Below are positions 26,104 to 36,014 of a DNA stretch of 64,000 nucleotides, in pieces. Within the stretch, counting starts at the first letter, position 1, and the number at the start of each line of letters is the position of its first letter. Below the pieces are notes generated by a model. The model was not told the origin of the DNA, made no database searches, and saw only the letters and a list, made by a program, of their open reading frames with translations. Source of the DNA: a virus; IMG/VR virus record IMGVR_UViG_3300007775_000001, positions 32,001 to 96,000 of that record. One strand, written 5' to 3'. Made by a program: the position numbers and the translations under genes.

Positions 26104-26658
26104 ATGAAGCAAGAATTGACATTGCGACACTATTTGAAGAGTGTCTCTCAGCTTGAGAAAGACGAGGAGGTACTTCAAGCTTTGGCCGATGCGGTTATGG
26201 GTCTGGAGGCCCATCAGTTTCTTGTCTTCATGGCGCGAGTGAAGGATACCGTCAAGACGGATGCAGGATACCGCGAATTTATCTCGTCGCTCTTCGGGGG
26301 CAAGCGCAAGGTCAATCCGCGCGACGTGACCATCTATATCAAAATAGATGGTGCGCATGAGACCACTCATAACAAGATCAGTGCGATAAAGCATTGTCGT
26401 GCAGTGACGTATGGCGAGAACATGGGTTTGGTCTGTGATCCTGACAGGATGGGTCTAAGGGAGGCCAAAGACCTCGTGGAAGCGTCGAAGATGGGTGAGG
26501 TCAAGGTCGTTCGGCTTTCTGGCAAGGGAGCCAAAGAGGCTTCCGTCCAGTTTGCGAACAATATCATGGCGTGTGGATATGACGTTCGCGTCGAGGGTGG
26601 GGACGAGGAGTATGAGAGCGAAGTCGATGACTTCATTGCGGAGCTAAAGGCACTCTGA
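26104..26658 (+). CDS. protein with ribosomal bL12 C-terminal-like domain
   Basis: KISAIKHCRAVT..MGLREAKDLVE. Confidence 0.65.
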   Translation: MKQELTLRHYLKSVSQLEKDEEVLQALADAVMGLEAHQFLVFMARVKDTVKTDAGYREFISSLFGGKRKVNPRDVTIYIKIDGAHETTHNKISAIKHCRAVTYGENMGLVCDPDRMGLREAKDLVEASKMGEVKVVRLSGKGAKEASVQFANNIMACGYDVRVEGGDEEYESEVDDFIAELKAL

Positions 26659-27017
26659 TGACACGAGAAGAAAACGACAAGCGGGAACGCCAGATCAGAT
26701 GTGTACGTAAGATGCTGGTCACCCTAGACCAGTTGTTGACTAGGAATACGTTCGATCAGGCTGAGAAGCATTACTATGGCCGCAAGAATGAGATTGTTGG
26801 CGGTGGCAACAACAGTATTTTTACGGGTTTGCGCAACGCTGCGTTTAGTGGTCAGCCATTCTACAAGTTCTCAGACGGTCAGACTGAGGTGGCTTATGAC
26901 TATCTGGATGAACGATTGGTGCTCGTGAATCCCAGCAAGCCTGACATGGAAGAGCGTCTGAAGAGAGACGGGGCCATGTTCGTTCCGCTCGTGGAACTGA
27001 TCAAGAAGTCGAGCTAG
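26658..27017 (+). CDS. hypothetical protein
   Basis: Coupled ORF. Confidence 0.6.
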   Translation: MTREENDKRERQIRCVRKMLVTLDQLLTRNTFDQAEKHYYGRKNEIVGGGNNSIFTGLRNAAFSGQPFYKFSDGQTEVAYDYLDERLVLVNPSKPDMEERLKRDGAMFVPLVELIKKSS

Positions 27018-27033
27018 TTTCTACGTAGAAACT
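27016..27033. repeat. dispersed palindrome copy 3
   Basis: AGTTTCTACGTAGAAACT fills the intergenic gap. Confidence 0.9.
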
Positions 27034-27034
27034 C

Positions 27035-28033
27035 ATGAGCAAGAAACAACCACGTATGGGCAAGAGCCTGAAAGAAGCCCTGGACAAGAAGGTGCGTGAC
27101 CAAGCTATGATCGCCGTCATGGATCATGACTTGGGTGGCGATATGTCGGATGCTTTTCGGTATTTGCTCAAGCCCATGATAGAGATTCCGGAGAAGAAAC
27201 CCAAGGAGAATAAGCCTGTTCCTCCTCTTGTTCCTATTGTGGTCGTGGCTGTGATGATGGAAGAGATGCCCATTGACAATCACGGTGGGCATGCGTGGGG
27301 CTTCAGGTCGGTTGTGCGTCATTTTGGTCAGGGGAGCAATAACGCTCGTACATACGCTGAAGACGATCTGTCGTTGGTGTGGAGAATCGAAGGTGAGGTT
27401 TATTATCAATCGTGGGAGTACCATCAAGCTCTTGGCTACGCGATGAACTACGTAGCTCAGAAGTTTGGTGCAAAGCGATACGAGCTACGAGTTGTGGGGC
27501 CGATGAAGTCCATGGAAAGTCTTTATCCATATCTGCATTGGGACTCTCTCCCCGTGTCTGCCAAGAGTTTCACATTGAACTGTTCTGGGATCGGTGACTG
27601 GCCTGCATTCAATAACTTCGCCATGAAGGAGTTGGGTTGGAAGAAGCATGAGGTCAGTGACTTCGTGACCAATCCACCACGGTTTCCTGTGGCTTTGTTG
27701 ACCACGAGAACCCTTGATTCTGCATTTGTCTATGCTGCGAAGCTATTGAAGGTCAAGGGCACTGCCCATCTGATGACCGATCAGGTTGCTTCTCGTCTGC
27801 CTGGACATCCGCAATCGGAGCGTGACAAGTACACCTACCAGGAAGGCGGAATTACAGACGAGAAGGGAATCCGTCAAGCCGTCGTGTTACGGAGACAGTG
27901 GTCGGTTTGGCGTCGTGAGTTGGCGTCTGGCAAAGTGACTCTGAAGGAGATCGAGAAGATCATCGAAATCAACAATGGGATCGATGACCGCGAGACAGAG
28001 ACCGATATGCTCAAAGAGCTAGGGAGTCTGTGA
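27035..28033 (+). CDS. hypothetical protein with C-terminal DMLKELGSL motif
   Basis: 332-aa ORF. Confidence 0.7.
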   Translation: MSKKQPRMGKSLKEALDKKVRDQAMIAVMDHDLGGDMSDAFRYLLKPMIEIPEKKPKENKPVPPLVPIVVVAVMMEEMPIDNHGGHAWGFRSVVRHFGQGSNNARTYAEDDLSLVWRIEGEVYYQSWEYHQALGYAMNYVAQKFGAKRYELRVVGPMKSMESLYPYLHWDSLPVSAKSFTLNCSGIGDWPAFNNFAMKELGWKKHEVSDFVTNPPRFPVALLTTRTLDSAFVYAAKLLKVKGTAHLMTDQVASRLPGHPQSERDKYTYQEGGITDEKGIRQAVVLRRQWSVWRRELASGKVTLKEIEKIIEINNGIDDRETETDMLKELGSL

Positions 28034-28034
28034 C

Positions 28035-28346
28035 ATGGTCTTTGGAATGAGAGACGCGGTTGAAAAGGAAACGAGAGACATGGCTGCTCATGAGCCGATC
28101 TTGATGAGTTCTTACATCGTGCGTCTCATTGAGGCGTATAGTGATCATCCGGCGGCGGCTGCCCAAACCATAAGCGATTTGAGATGTGCATTGGATGCTC
28201 AGTTGGCTATGGAGCTTTGGTTATTACGAGATGGATACGATTCGGCAACCGGAATCAAGCTCGATCTGAAAACGGGCAAGCCGGTCGCTGCACCAAGAAG
28301 AGGGCCAACAGCAATTGACATCCTAGCGGAGCTTGATCAGCTATGA
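28035..28346 (+). CDS. hypothetical protein with C-terminal DILAELDQL motif
   Basis: 103-aa ORF. Confidence 0.65.
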   Translation: MVFGMRDAVEKETRDMAAHEPILMSSYIVRLIEAYSDHPAAAAQTISDLRCALDAQLAMELWLLRDGYDSATGIKLDLKTGKPVAAPRRGPTAIDILAELDQL

Positions 28347-28858
28347 GCATGAGAATCTATGACCACTACGAGTGGAAGAGGAATCTGAACTCTCTGTTTG
28401 CCTTCTGTATCGAGCTACGCAAGAAGGAGCATGCTCGTCTGAAGGCTGAGTTCATGAAGATGACCAAGGAGCAACGCGGCAAGCTGTACGATGAAACCCA
28501 TGATCGAAGGAATTTCATGCAGCGTGGGTCGTGGGAGTTCGATACGAGCATCATGATCTACCCGTATGGGCAGCGACTGTTCTTCGGGTTGTTCGGCTTC
28601 AACTACAGCAATCCGATCCTGGAGACAGTGCAGCAAGATTCGCGGGTGGTGGACTTCCATTATCAGAATCAGTCAGATCGTCCAGACCATATCTCTCCGC
28701 AAGAGTGGCGTGCGCGTCGAAGGGTGTGGGACAAGATCGGTGAGCGAAGTCATGTTTTCGCTGAGATGGGCTTGTCCTTCCAGGTCACAAGTCTGGACAC
28801 GGCAACGATCATGCTCATCATGTGTGCCCACGAGGAGAACCAATGCAACGAGAACTGA
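28343..28858 (+). CDS. hypothetical protein
   Basis: ATGA coupling; DFHYQNQSDRPD..EWRARRRVWD. Confidence 0.7.
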   Translation: MSMRIYDHYEWKRNLNSLFAFCIELRKKEHARLKAEFMKMTKEQRGKLYDETHDRRNFMQRGSWEFDTSIMIYPYGQRLFFGLFGFNYSNPILETVQQDSRVVDFHYQNQSDRPDHISPQEWRARRRVWDKIGERSHVFAEMGLSFQVTSLDTATIMLIMCAHEENQCNEN

Positions 28859-29109
28859 CCATCCGGTATCACATCAATCAGGATGGGCTCGATGTGATGT
28901 TCGAGTTGGAAGATCGGATCATCGCTGCAATCGAGCCGTACGGTTGCAAGATGGTGAGTGCAGGTACGATGGTGGTGGGTCGTTGGAACCGGGGTTTTCA
29001 GGTACGCGGTGACGGTGTAGAATTGGCACTCGCGAAGATCACGGAAATCATGAAGACCGCGCGTGTTGAATTCGGTCACGAGTGGCGAGACATTCAAGAG
29101 GGGTCATGA
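28843..29109 (+). CDS. hypothetical protein
   Basis: GAGGAG RBS. Confidence 0.6.
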   Translation: MQRELTIRYHINQDGLDVMFELEDRIIAAIEPYGCKMVSAGTMVVGRWNRGFQVRGDGVELALAKITEIMKTARVEFGHEWRDIQEGS

Positions 29110-29330
29110 ATAACAAGGAATTGTGGGTCGAGGTCGGAAAGACAGTGTGGTGGTTTATCATGGTTATTCCCGCTCTGCTCTTGTTGTTCGCTGTGGCTGC
29201 TCTGGCTGATGTGGTTGAGAAGTGGGTCAACACCAACAGTGTGTGCAGGCTATACAGGGTGATCATCCCATTCCCTGGGTGGATGAAACGAGACATGAGG
29301 CGGTATGTTGATCGGAATCGTGGGAAGTAG
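29106..29330 (+). CDS. small membrane protein
   Basis: One hydrophobic helix. Confidence 0.55.
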   Translation: MNNKELWVEVGKTVWWFIMVIPALLLLFAVAALADVVEKWVNTNSVCRLYRVIIPFPGWMKRDMRRYVDRNRGK

Positions 29331-29706
29331 ATCGATCACTGACTACACGCTCTTCAAAGAAGAGCTTGAGAAGGTCATGGTGCCAGACCCCAAGCAGGAC
29401 ATGATTGTGTCTGGTGGGGCAAATGGGATAGACTCGCTGGCAGAGCAGTATGCACGAGCGCACGGAATCCAACCGGTGATTCTGCCCGCCTTGTGGGACA
29501 ACTTCGGCAAGGGGGCGGGAAAGATCAGGAACAGTAACGTGGTGAAGGTGGCACACATCATCATCGCATTCTGGGATCAGGAGTCACCGGGAACCAAGGA
29601 CACGATTGATAAGGCTAAAGCCAATGGGAACCTTTTCGAAGTCATCCGACTCAGACCAGGGCAAACAAGCGAGAACTCGATTGCGTGTGGTGAGTTCTTC
29701 GAGTAG
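29305..29706 (+). CDS. SLOG/YspA-like (DUF2493) nucleotide-binding protein
   Basis: IVGSR; VSGGANGIDSLA; AGKIRN; FWD..SPGT. Confidence 0.85.
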   Translation: MLIGIVGSRSITDYTLFKEELEKVMVPDPKQDMIVSGGANGIDSLAEQYARAHGIQPVILPALWDNFGKGAGKIRNSNVVKVAHIIIAFWDQESPGTKDTIDKAKANGNLFEVIRLRPGQTSENSIACGEFFE

Positions 29707-29962
29707 ATTGCTCAAGATCAACTGGTGGTTCAGGCTGAAGAGCTGGGTCGGGTTCTGGATCGGTGAGCTAATCGCTCTGGTGCTGATCGTTGTTATCTTC
29801 TTCGGTAGTGTGGTTGCAGCGGTGGCGATAGCTCTATGGATGTTGCTGGCGATGGCTCTATGGATGTTGCTGGCGTTCCTGTTCGCGAATCCAAGGGGTA
29901 TAGCATTCATGATCATCGCTCTGGCAATCGCCTACTGGATCATCACGCACTGAGTGTGAATC

Positions 29963-30826
29963 ATGGCGATGCATAACGATTTTCGAGACGATTTTCGAGA
30001 CGAGGAGCGCAAGGCCAAGGAAGACAAGGTCAGCACTCTTGCCAGAGATGCACTGGATAAGGCGCACGAGATCATTGCCAAAACGGCAGCGATCACGGAC
30101 GAGAAATTCCAGGAGGAGATCAAAAAACTGGCGAAAAAGAAAGCTCTGAAACGTTTGAAATTCAAGTTGAAGCCGCATGGCAACTACGGTGTATTGGGGG
30201 GTGTGCTCTATCCAAACCAGGATGGTAGTGGTCAGGAGTCACACTTCAAGTTTTTCGATTCGCATCTGAGTAGGCTGATCGGGAAGATGATGGCGGCGAT
30301 CACTTACGATTGGTATCCATCCTTTGTGAGTGACAAGGAGATACCGGATCATCATCACTTCACACTATATCCAATCGAGATCGACACAAGCGAGTTGGAA
30401 GGCAGACTGTGCAACGTGGTAGTGTATAGGTTTGGTCTGGAGCGAGTGAATGGCAAGCATGACGAGTTTGTGTCGAATGCGCTGGATGGAACCTATACCA
30501 AAGAGAACAGCCAGATCGTGCGGTTCAATGGGTACTCACGGCATCGGGTGATCAACAGACAGGCGTTACTCGATCACATTCGGGAAGAAGAGCGTGAGCA
30601 AATCCTGAATGTGAAGCGGTACTATCAAAGCCTTGACGCGCGGAACGGTTGGTCGTTGCATCACAATGTACCGTATAGCAAGAGCTTGGCGCGTTATGTA
30701 GAGCAACTGAGACGGTTGTGTGAGGAGGGGGATATCGAGATCGTATTCAACTCTGCATTGGCGCCTAGCACGGAACCAGAGTCCGAAAAGGGGCCTGACT
30801 TCATCGAGGAGTTGAGCAAGCTGTGA
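29963..30826 (+). CDS. hypothetical protein with C-terminal DFIEELSKL motif
   Basis: 287-aa ORF. Confidence 0.7.
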   Translation: MAMHNDFRDDFRDEERKAKEDKVSTLARDALDKAHEIIAKTAAITDEKFQEEIKKLAKKKALKRLKFKLKPHGNYGVLGGVLYPNQDGSGQESHFKFFDSHLSRLIGKMMAAITYDWYPSFVSDKEIPDHHHFTLYPIEIDTSELEGRLCNVVVYRFGLERVNGKHDEFVSNALDGTYTKENSQIVRFNGYSRHRVINRQALLDHIREEEREQILNVKRYYQSLDARNGWSLHHNVPYSKSLARYVEQLRRLCEEGDIEIVFNSALAPSTEPESEKGPDFIEELSKL

Positions 30827-31080
30827 AAGTGCGTGGTCATTGCTATCGATGCGACAAACCCATCAATGGATCGACCCAGATGATAGAACCAAAAGATTGC
30901 TGGGAATGCCAAGTCCGAATGAAATGGTGGTGGTGGCTCCTGGAGCTTGTTTGGGTTCTGCTAGTGTTGGGTACTTGTACCTATATAGTCTTTTGGTTAG
31001 GCCATAGTGGGTTGTGGTATCTTTTTGCCCTTCTTTTGTGTGGATCGTCCCACGACCATGAGAAACAACAGCACTGCTGA
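30823..31080 (+). CDS. small Zn-finger/membrane protein
   Basis: CYRC..CWEC plus two hydrophobic segments. Confidence 0.5.
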   Translation: MKVRGHCYRCDKPINGSTQMIEPKDCWECQVRMKWWWWLLELVWVLLVLGTCTYIVFWLGHSGLWYLFALLLCGSSHDHEKQQHC

Positions 31081-32245
31081 AGAAGCCAAGTTCAAGCAGT
31101 ACCAGGATGAGAACTTCGGTGAGGTTGCATCCTGGGTGATGCGATCACGGATCGATGGTGCTACGGAGATGTTCTTAACGGACATCTATGGCAACAAGAA
31201 GGAGATCATCACGCTACCCGATGGCAAGAAGATCATTCGACAAACAGAGTATGTGAAGATGGAATCGATTACTCAGAAGTCAGCCAAAGTAGCCAAGAAG
31301 CGCAATCAGAAAGAGGCACCTAAGTTCTCTTCATCAGAGTTCAAGCGTGCTGTCTTGCCTACGATCAAGCCACGGAAGGATAAAATCTTCCCGTTGACCA
31401 AGAATGATAAGTGGGAAGCGGTAGCGTACTCTCCTGATTCGCCTGAAGCGATCCAAGATGAGCGTCAAAACAGTCGCAAGGATTTGAAAGCTCGCATTCA
31501 AGCGATGGATCGTGTCATCAAGAAGCAGATCGTGGAGAGAGACAAGCTTGCGCAAGAGCTACATGACGTGGGCAAAAACGAAGAGGGTGTCAATGCTCAG
31601 TTGTCGAAACTGCTGGGCAATGCTCGCGTGTCTCAACTGACGGTGGGGGCGGCACATCCTTATGTTGACCCGCCAAGCGACATGAACACGGATGATAAGC
31701 TTCCGTGTCCCATGATGTTCTTTCATGCCGATGATCAGGTTTCGGTGTATGCTCACTCGTTGGAGAGTGCGTATGGTTTGGCTGTGATGGTGGCACTGGT
31801 TAACGAGTTCAGTGAAGGTGAAGTGGTTGAAGATAAGGAAGACCTGTCTAATTGGGATCAGGTGAATGCGCGGGCTGCTATCTCGCTTGCTAATACGGGG
31901 CTGAAGAAGTTGGCTGAGATGTCTGTCGCGGTATACGTGTGGGGCGTCCAATGCTCTCATGGGATGTTCATTCCGATCATTCAGAAGTGTTTCGGTGACC
32001 TGGATGACTTCGATCAGATGTACTACAGAAATACATTGGAGCACCAAAAGTTTCCCGTGGTCGTTTATCGGGGGGCTTTGACTTCTCGTGTGCTTAAGGC
32101 TCGTGTGGTGATGGCGTCCTTTGGGATCGATGCGGAGATTCTGTTGTCTGGTCATGAGCGTCGTTCCTACCCCGATCCTGTGAAACGAAAGGAGTACAAG
32201 CGGGTCGAAGAAGGCGACATCATGAGGGAGTTGAACGAGCTATGA
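31058..32245 (+). CDS. hypothetical protein with C-terminal DIMRELNEL motif
   Basis: ~395-aa ORF. Confidence 0.7.
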   Translation: MRNNSTAEEAKFKQYQDENFGEVASWVMRSRIDGATEMFLTDIYGNKKEIITLPDGKKIIRQTEYVKMESITQKSAKVAKKRNQKEAPKFSSSEFKRAVLPTIKPRKDKIFPLTKNDKWEAVAYSPDSPEAIQDERQNSRKDLKARIQAMDRVIKKQIVERDKLAQELHDVGKNEEGVNAQLSKLLGNARVSQLTVGAAHPYVDPPSDMNTDDKLPCPMMFFHADDQVSVYAHSLESAYGLAVMVALVNEFSEGEVVEDKEDLSNWDQVNARAAISLANTGLKKLAEMSVAVYVWGVQCSHGMFIPIIQKCFGDLDDFDQMYYRNTLEHQKFPVVVYRGALTSRVLKARVVMASFGIDAEILLSGHERRSYPDPVKRKEYKRVEEGDIMRELNEL

Positions 32246-32453
32246 TAAGGGGTCTAAAGGGGTCTAAAACGCACACCAAGCCCTTTTCTGCGTAGGGTGT
32301 GGGCGAGGGGATTCAGATAGCTCGTATCGACTTGATTCTGGCTACACGATGGCTATTGTTTGGGCCTGAAATCCTCGTCTTCTGTCCTTGGCACCATAAA
32401 GCCTACTACTACCCATACTTCCGCAATGGGGTGGACAATTCCAACCTTGAGCC

Positions 32454-32507
32454 TTGACATTGTGTAGCACATGTAATACACTATAACTGTGGCTGAGAGA
32501 GAAACCC
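32454..32507 (+). promoter_or_regulatory. conserved early promoter with leader motif
   Basis: TTGACA-17-TACACT then GTGGCTGAGAGAGAAACCC. Confidence 0.85.
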
Positions 32508-32523
32508 TGAACGGAGAACGGTC

Positions 32524-32844
32524 ATGGGATGGGAAGCGGATGTGGAAAAGTGGAAACAGCGCGAAGAGCGCATGCGGGAAGAAGACGCGGTTGCCAAGGG
32601 CAAGGGTGAACTGGTCGGGCGGTACATCAGTGAGCATGTGGCTGATGGGTACGCCTACTATGTGGTCGCCAAGGTCGATGGCAATACGGTAACTCTAGAT
32701 CACGTGGATACCTTCGATGGTTATGCGATCCTGGCGGTCGAGGCCATGAACCGAAGGGTTCCTCTGACTATGGTCAAGGCGTACATCTCTGTCCGCGAGA
32801 AGTGGGAAAACCTCCTGGATGCTGTCGCTACGGGGGTAGCGTAA
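32524..32844 (+). CDS. hypothetical early protein
   Basis: VADGYAYYVV motif; GGAG RBS. Confidence 0.7.
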   Translation: MGWEADVEKWKQREERMREEDAVAKGKGELVGRYISEHVADGYAYYVVAKVDGNTVTLDHVDTFDGYAILAVEAMNRRVPLTMVKAYISVREKWENLLDAVATGVA

Positions 32845-33095
32845 TGGCAATCGTCGGCAATCTGGTGAGAGAGAAATCCCGTGCGGATGCGTATGAGGCT
32901 ACACACCAAGAGGAAGTCTTGGCGTGGCGTAATGCGGCGCGGGTGGCTGGCGAGCAATCGATCAAGGAACGGGAAGAGCGTTACCCTGTTCTGAATGCTG
33001 AGAACGCTGCTGAAGCAATCGAGTTTCAACAGCGTCGGTTCGCTGAGATCGTGAAGGAGCGCAAGCAGGCTCGTCAACTGAAGAGAAAGTCATGA
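32844..33095 (+). CDS. hypothetical protein
   Basis: TAATG coupling. Confidence 0.6.
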   Translation: MAIVGNLVREKSRADAYEATHQEEVLAWRNAARVAGEQSIKEREERYPVLNAENAAEAIEFQQRRFAEIVKERKQARQLKRKS

Positions 33096-33379
33096 ACGAG
33101 AGAAAGCCCAGTGCTGCCGCGATGCGGCTGGCTCAAGATATTCAAACGTTGCAGCAATGCCATGTGGCTCTAGGGCGGCAATGGGTAGGAGCCTGCACTG
33201 AACTCCCGCCCATTGCCCACGTCATTGACGACAGAGGGCTGGCAGATGCAATCGAGGTAATCAAGAGACTGATGACGATTGCCCAACGGCCGTCGGTTGG
33301 TTCGCCCGGCGAGAGATACATCAACAGCATACTCGATGCCGCGTTGGCTACTCTTGTCAAGCTAGAGGGAGACCAATGA
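33092..33379 (+). CDS. hypothetical protein
   Basis: ATGA coupling; begins KPSAAA like the next ORF. Confidence 0.6.
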   Translation: MNERKPSAAAMRLAQDIQTLQQCHVALGRQWVGACTELPPIAHVIDDRGLADAIEVIKRLMTIAQRPSVGSPGERYINSILDAALATLVKLEGDQ

Positions 33380-33666
33380 CCACCAACCCCAAACCCAGCG
33401 CCGCCGCGATATGGACATGCAAGGAAGCTGTCCAGCACATTGAGCCCAATGCGCTGTGTGTGAAGAAGGATGGGTTGTTCTTTGTCTTCGAGAGCGATAT
33501 CCACGAGTTCATGGGAGCCGGGATGGCTATCGGGGAGGGCGAATCGCCGGTTGGTGCATGGACAAGAGCCCTGGAGCATTTGATTCCTGGGCGGGTTCAC
33601 CGCGAAGTCTTTCGGATGTTGCGTGGGTCGCGGCTCGGCGCGGTTCTTCAAGAGGGTGTCAAGTGA
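33376..33666 (+). CDS. hypothetical protein
   Basis: ATGA coupling. Confidence 0.6.
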   Translation: MTTNPKPSAAAIWTCKEAVQHIEPNALCVKKDGLFFVFESDIHEFMGAGMAIGEGESPVGAWTRALEHLIPGRVHREVFRMLRGSRLGAVLQEGVK

Positions 33667-33778
33667 ACGAGCAGGCCCGGAAACTAATGAGGAAGTCATG
33701 AGCGAGAGTCATCCGGACATTATGAGCTTTGTGGCCAATGCCGATCCTGACGCGCTCCGCGCAGAAGGAGCCAAAATC

Positions 33779-34120
33779 ATGAATCTAATCCTAATCGCGC
33801 TCGCTGCTGTGTGGGTCGCTGGAGCTATCTTCGGATTTGGGGCAACCAATGCTTTTTTTCTCAAAAGATATGCGCACTTGTACTATTGGGGGGCGGCACA
33901 AACCGCGTACCCAAACTTGTACTTCAGTGGATGGGATTCGAGAGAGCCGGGGCTTCTGTTCAAGGCCCCTATAGTCGCCCTCTCCTGCGTCGTGGCCATA
34001 TCGAGTCCATTCAGTCTCCTGGTTCTGATTACCGGATGGCGCTGGCGGCATGGTCTTAAGTTCCGCTGGTGGAGGCCGGAGCCGTATCTACCGGAACTGA
34101 AGATGAAACACAGCAAGTAG
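33779..34120 (+). CDS. membrane protein
   Basis: AAGGAG RBS; two hydrophobic helices. Confidence 0.55.
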   Translation: MNLILIALAAVWVAGAIFGFGATNAFFLKRYAHLYYWGAAQTAYPNLYFSGWDSREPGLLFKAPIVALSCVVAISSPFSLLVLITGWRWRHGLKFRWWRPEPYLPELKMKHSK

Positions 34121-34169
34121 CGTGCCAACAGGAGGAGTAAGTCACAAGCGAACATACGGATGGTGAACC

Positions 34170-34403
34170 ATGCTCAATCTCAAGTACATCGTGTACTGGA
34201 ACGGGATCAGTGAAGTGATGGTGATGTTCGATCCGTCGTTGCGTCATGTGGATGTGACAGTTGGTCTTCGCGCTGCCGGTCAGGTTCGCGGCGCAGGCTT
34301 GGTGGACTTGGAAACGCGGCGATGCTTCGGGGATTCTTACACGCTGATGGTGGCAAGCCGTCCCGAAGATACAGAGCTTCTGAAGTGTTACTTTGGGGAT
34401 TGA
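34170..34403 (+). CDS. hypothetical protein
   Basis: CFGDSYTL..SRPEDTELL motif. Confidence 0.65.
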   Translation: MLNLKYIVYWNGISEVMVMFDPSLRHVDVTVGLRAAGQVRGAGLVDLETRRCFGDSYTLMVASRPEDTELLKCYFGD

Positions 34404-34406
34404 CAC

Positions 34407-34754
34407 ATGTCTGGAAAGATAGCTAAACGCACGTCACAGCGGGTCGAGTATTGGGCCTTTGTGAAGTATCCGAATCACTTTTGCTTGCCTGAAGAGGCTC
34501 GCACGCTGAGCACGCCAACCATGTTCTCAGTGGAGATCAGTCATGTGAATCTGTATAAGCGGGAAGTGACTGTACGCACAGGTGATGTGTATGAGTTGGG
34601 TCAACCGTCTGACGAGTACGCGAAATGGCTCGTCGAGTATAGCGCGAAATTTCGGTCGTGGTCTTTTCAGCTTAAGGAGTGGATCGAAGAGGCAAAGAGT
34701 GATGTGTTGGCAGAGATCGAATCTTTGGGAGAGACCGAAGAACCGCCATTTTGA
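34407..34754 (+). CDS. hypothetical protein with acidic PPF tail
   Basis: Ends DVLAEIESLGETEEPPF. Confidence 0.65.
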   Translation: MSGKIAKRTSQRVEYWAFVKYPNHFCLPEEARTLSTPTMFSVEISHVNLYKREVTVRTGDVYELGQPSDEYAKWLVEYSAKFRSWSFQLKEWIEEAKSDVLAEIESLGETEEPPF

Positions 34755-34927
34755 TGCTCAGGTAGGAATGCTATCCCATCCGGTGTGACCAGGATTGGTA
34801 GAGCGTCCAAAGAGGCCGCAAAGGCAAGAAAGCAGTCCACGGAAGGGCAGAGTACCGGGTTGCCATGAATCGGGCAGTATTGCATGTTTAGACCTCTTGT
34901 GAGAGCCTTTTCGGAAGGAGATTGACT

Positions 34928-35209
34928 ATGGGACTGCTTAACCGGCTAGAGGCGAAGCAAGAGCCTACTCAAGCGCAAATCGACCACTTCAATAGTCTGT
35001 CGGTCGAGACTCTGAAGAAGATGATGCGCAAGCGGTATCTGGCTTGGAATGCTTTGATGGAAGACTTCGACTGCGGAGGCAGTCTGGCCGCTCATATTAG
35101 CCCACGGGTGTATGAGGCGGCACACGTCTGCAACAATATCGCGCGTCGGCTCAAGGAGATTGATCCGACCTTTCCGAAGACATGGGTGTCATTGCCAGAG
35201 GGAATATGA
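34928..35209 (+). CDS. hypothetical protein
   Basis: AGGAG RBS. Confidence 0.65.
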   Translation: MGLLNRLEAKQEPTQAQIDHFNSLSVETLKKMMRKRYLAWNALMEDFDCGGSLAAHISPRVYEAAHVCNNIARRLKEIDPTFPKTWVSLPEGI

Positions 35210-35554
35210 ACGTCGATCCGTTTGTGAATATCCCGTTTGGGGGGATGACCAATGGCCGGTATGGCGTACTTGCATACGTTTACACGTTTGGTCAGTTGCG
35301 TCTGAAGATCACGGATTCAGAGGTGTCGGATTCAGACGCACCAATTGGACACGGGGCAATCGTGCGAGAGGCTTGAACATACGATATGACAAGACTGCTG
35401 GATGCAGTCGTGAAGATCATGCGCGCCGAAGACCCGATTGCCGAATACGAGTCGTGGCGAAAACCTGGAGTGAACGACAATCATGGTCGTATCCGTCTCG
35501 ATCATCAAGGAGATTGACATAGAGGGAAGCTTTTGATACGGTTGTTGCCTTGCT

Positions 35555-35625
35555 CCTCCTATAGCCAAGAGGAAAGGCGACTGGCTGCAACCCAGTGATC
35601 ACTGGTTCGAATCCAGTTGGGAGGT
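35555..35625 (+). tRNA. tRNA-Cys(GCA)
   Basis: Cloverleaf; ACTGG-CTGCAAC-CCAGT; U discriminator. Confidence 0.92.
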
Positions 35626-35628
35626 CTG

Positions 35629-35865
35629 ATGAAAGACGTGCCAAGATTCAAGCCTGTGGCTTGGGTCGTGAACAGCGAGAGCCAAAAGCTATCGCTAACT
35701 CATCTGATGCACGAGGGGAGAATCCTGTGTACGGTCAAACTTCCTACCGATCCTACTGTGCAGATTGTGACGCGCGGTCGGGTGGATTGCTTCAACTGTG
35801 TGAAGCGGGGTCGGAGTCTGCAAGGAAGAAACGTCGAGACAGGTAAACCCTATGATGCCCCGTAA
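35629..35865 (+). CDS. hypothetical protein
   Basis: GGAGG RBS overlapping tRNA end. Confidence 0.45.
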   Translation: MKDVPRFKPVAWVVNSESQKLSLTHLMHEGRILCTVKLPTDPTVQIVTRGRVDCFNCVKRGRSLQGRNVETGKPYDAP

Positions 35866-35928
35866 CTCAACTGGTAGAGTACCCGGCTCTTAACCGGGAG
35901 GTTGCAGGTTCGAAGCCTGTCGGGGCAA
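35856..35928 (+). tRNA. tRNA-Lys(CTT)
   Basis: CCCGG-CTCTTAA-CCGGG. Confidence 0.92.
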
Positions 35929-35937
35929 TCAGTTCAT

Positions 35938-36008
35938 TGCTCCGTAGCTCATCGGTCGAGCGTCCGGCTTTTAACCGGAAGGCTGGGGTTCAACTCCCCA
36001 CGGGGCAA
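35938..36008 (+). tRNA. tRNA-Lys(TTT)
   Basis: TCCGG-CTTTTAA-CCGGA. Confidence 0.9.
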
Positions 36009-36014
36009 CTATAT

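Noticed and set aside
29825-30003. Short in-frame duplications (21-bp ALWMLLA; 12-bp DFRD)
   Set aside because: Simple slippage repeats with no wider pattern.
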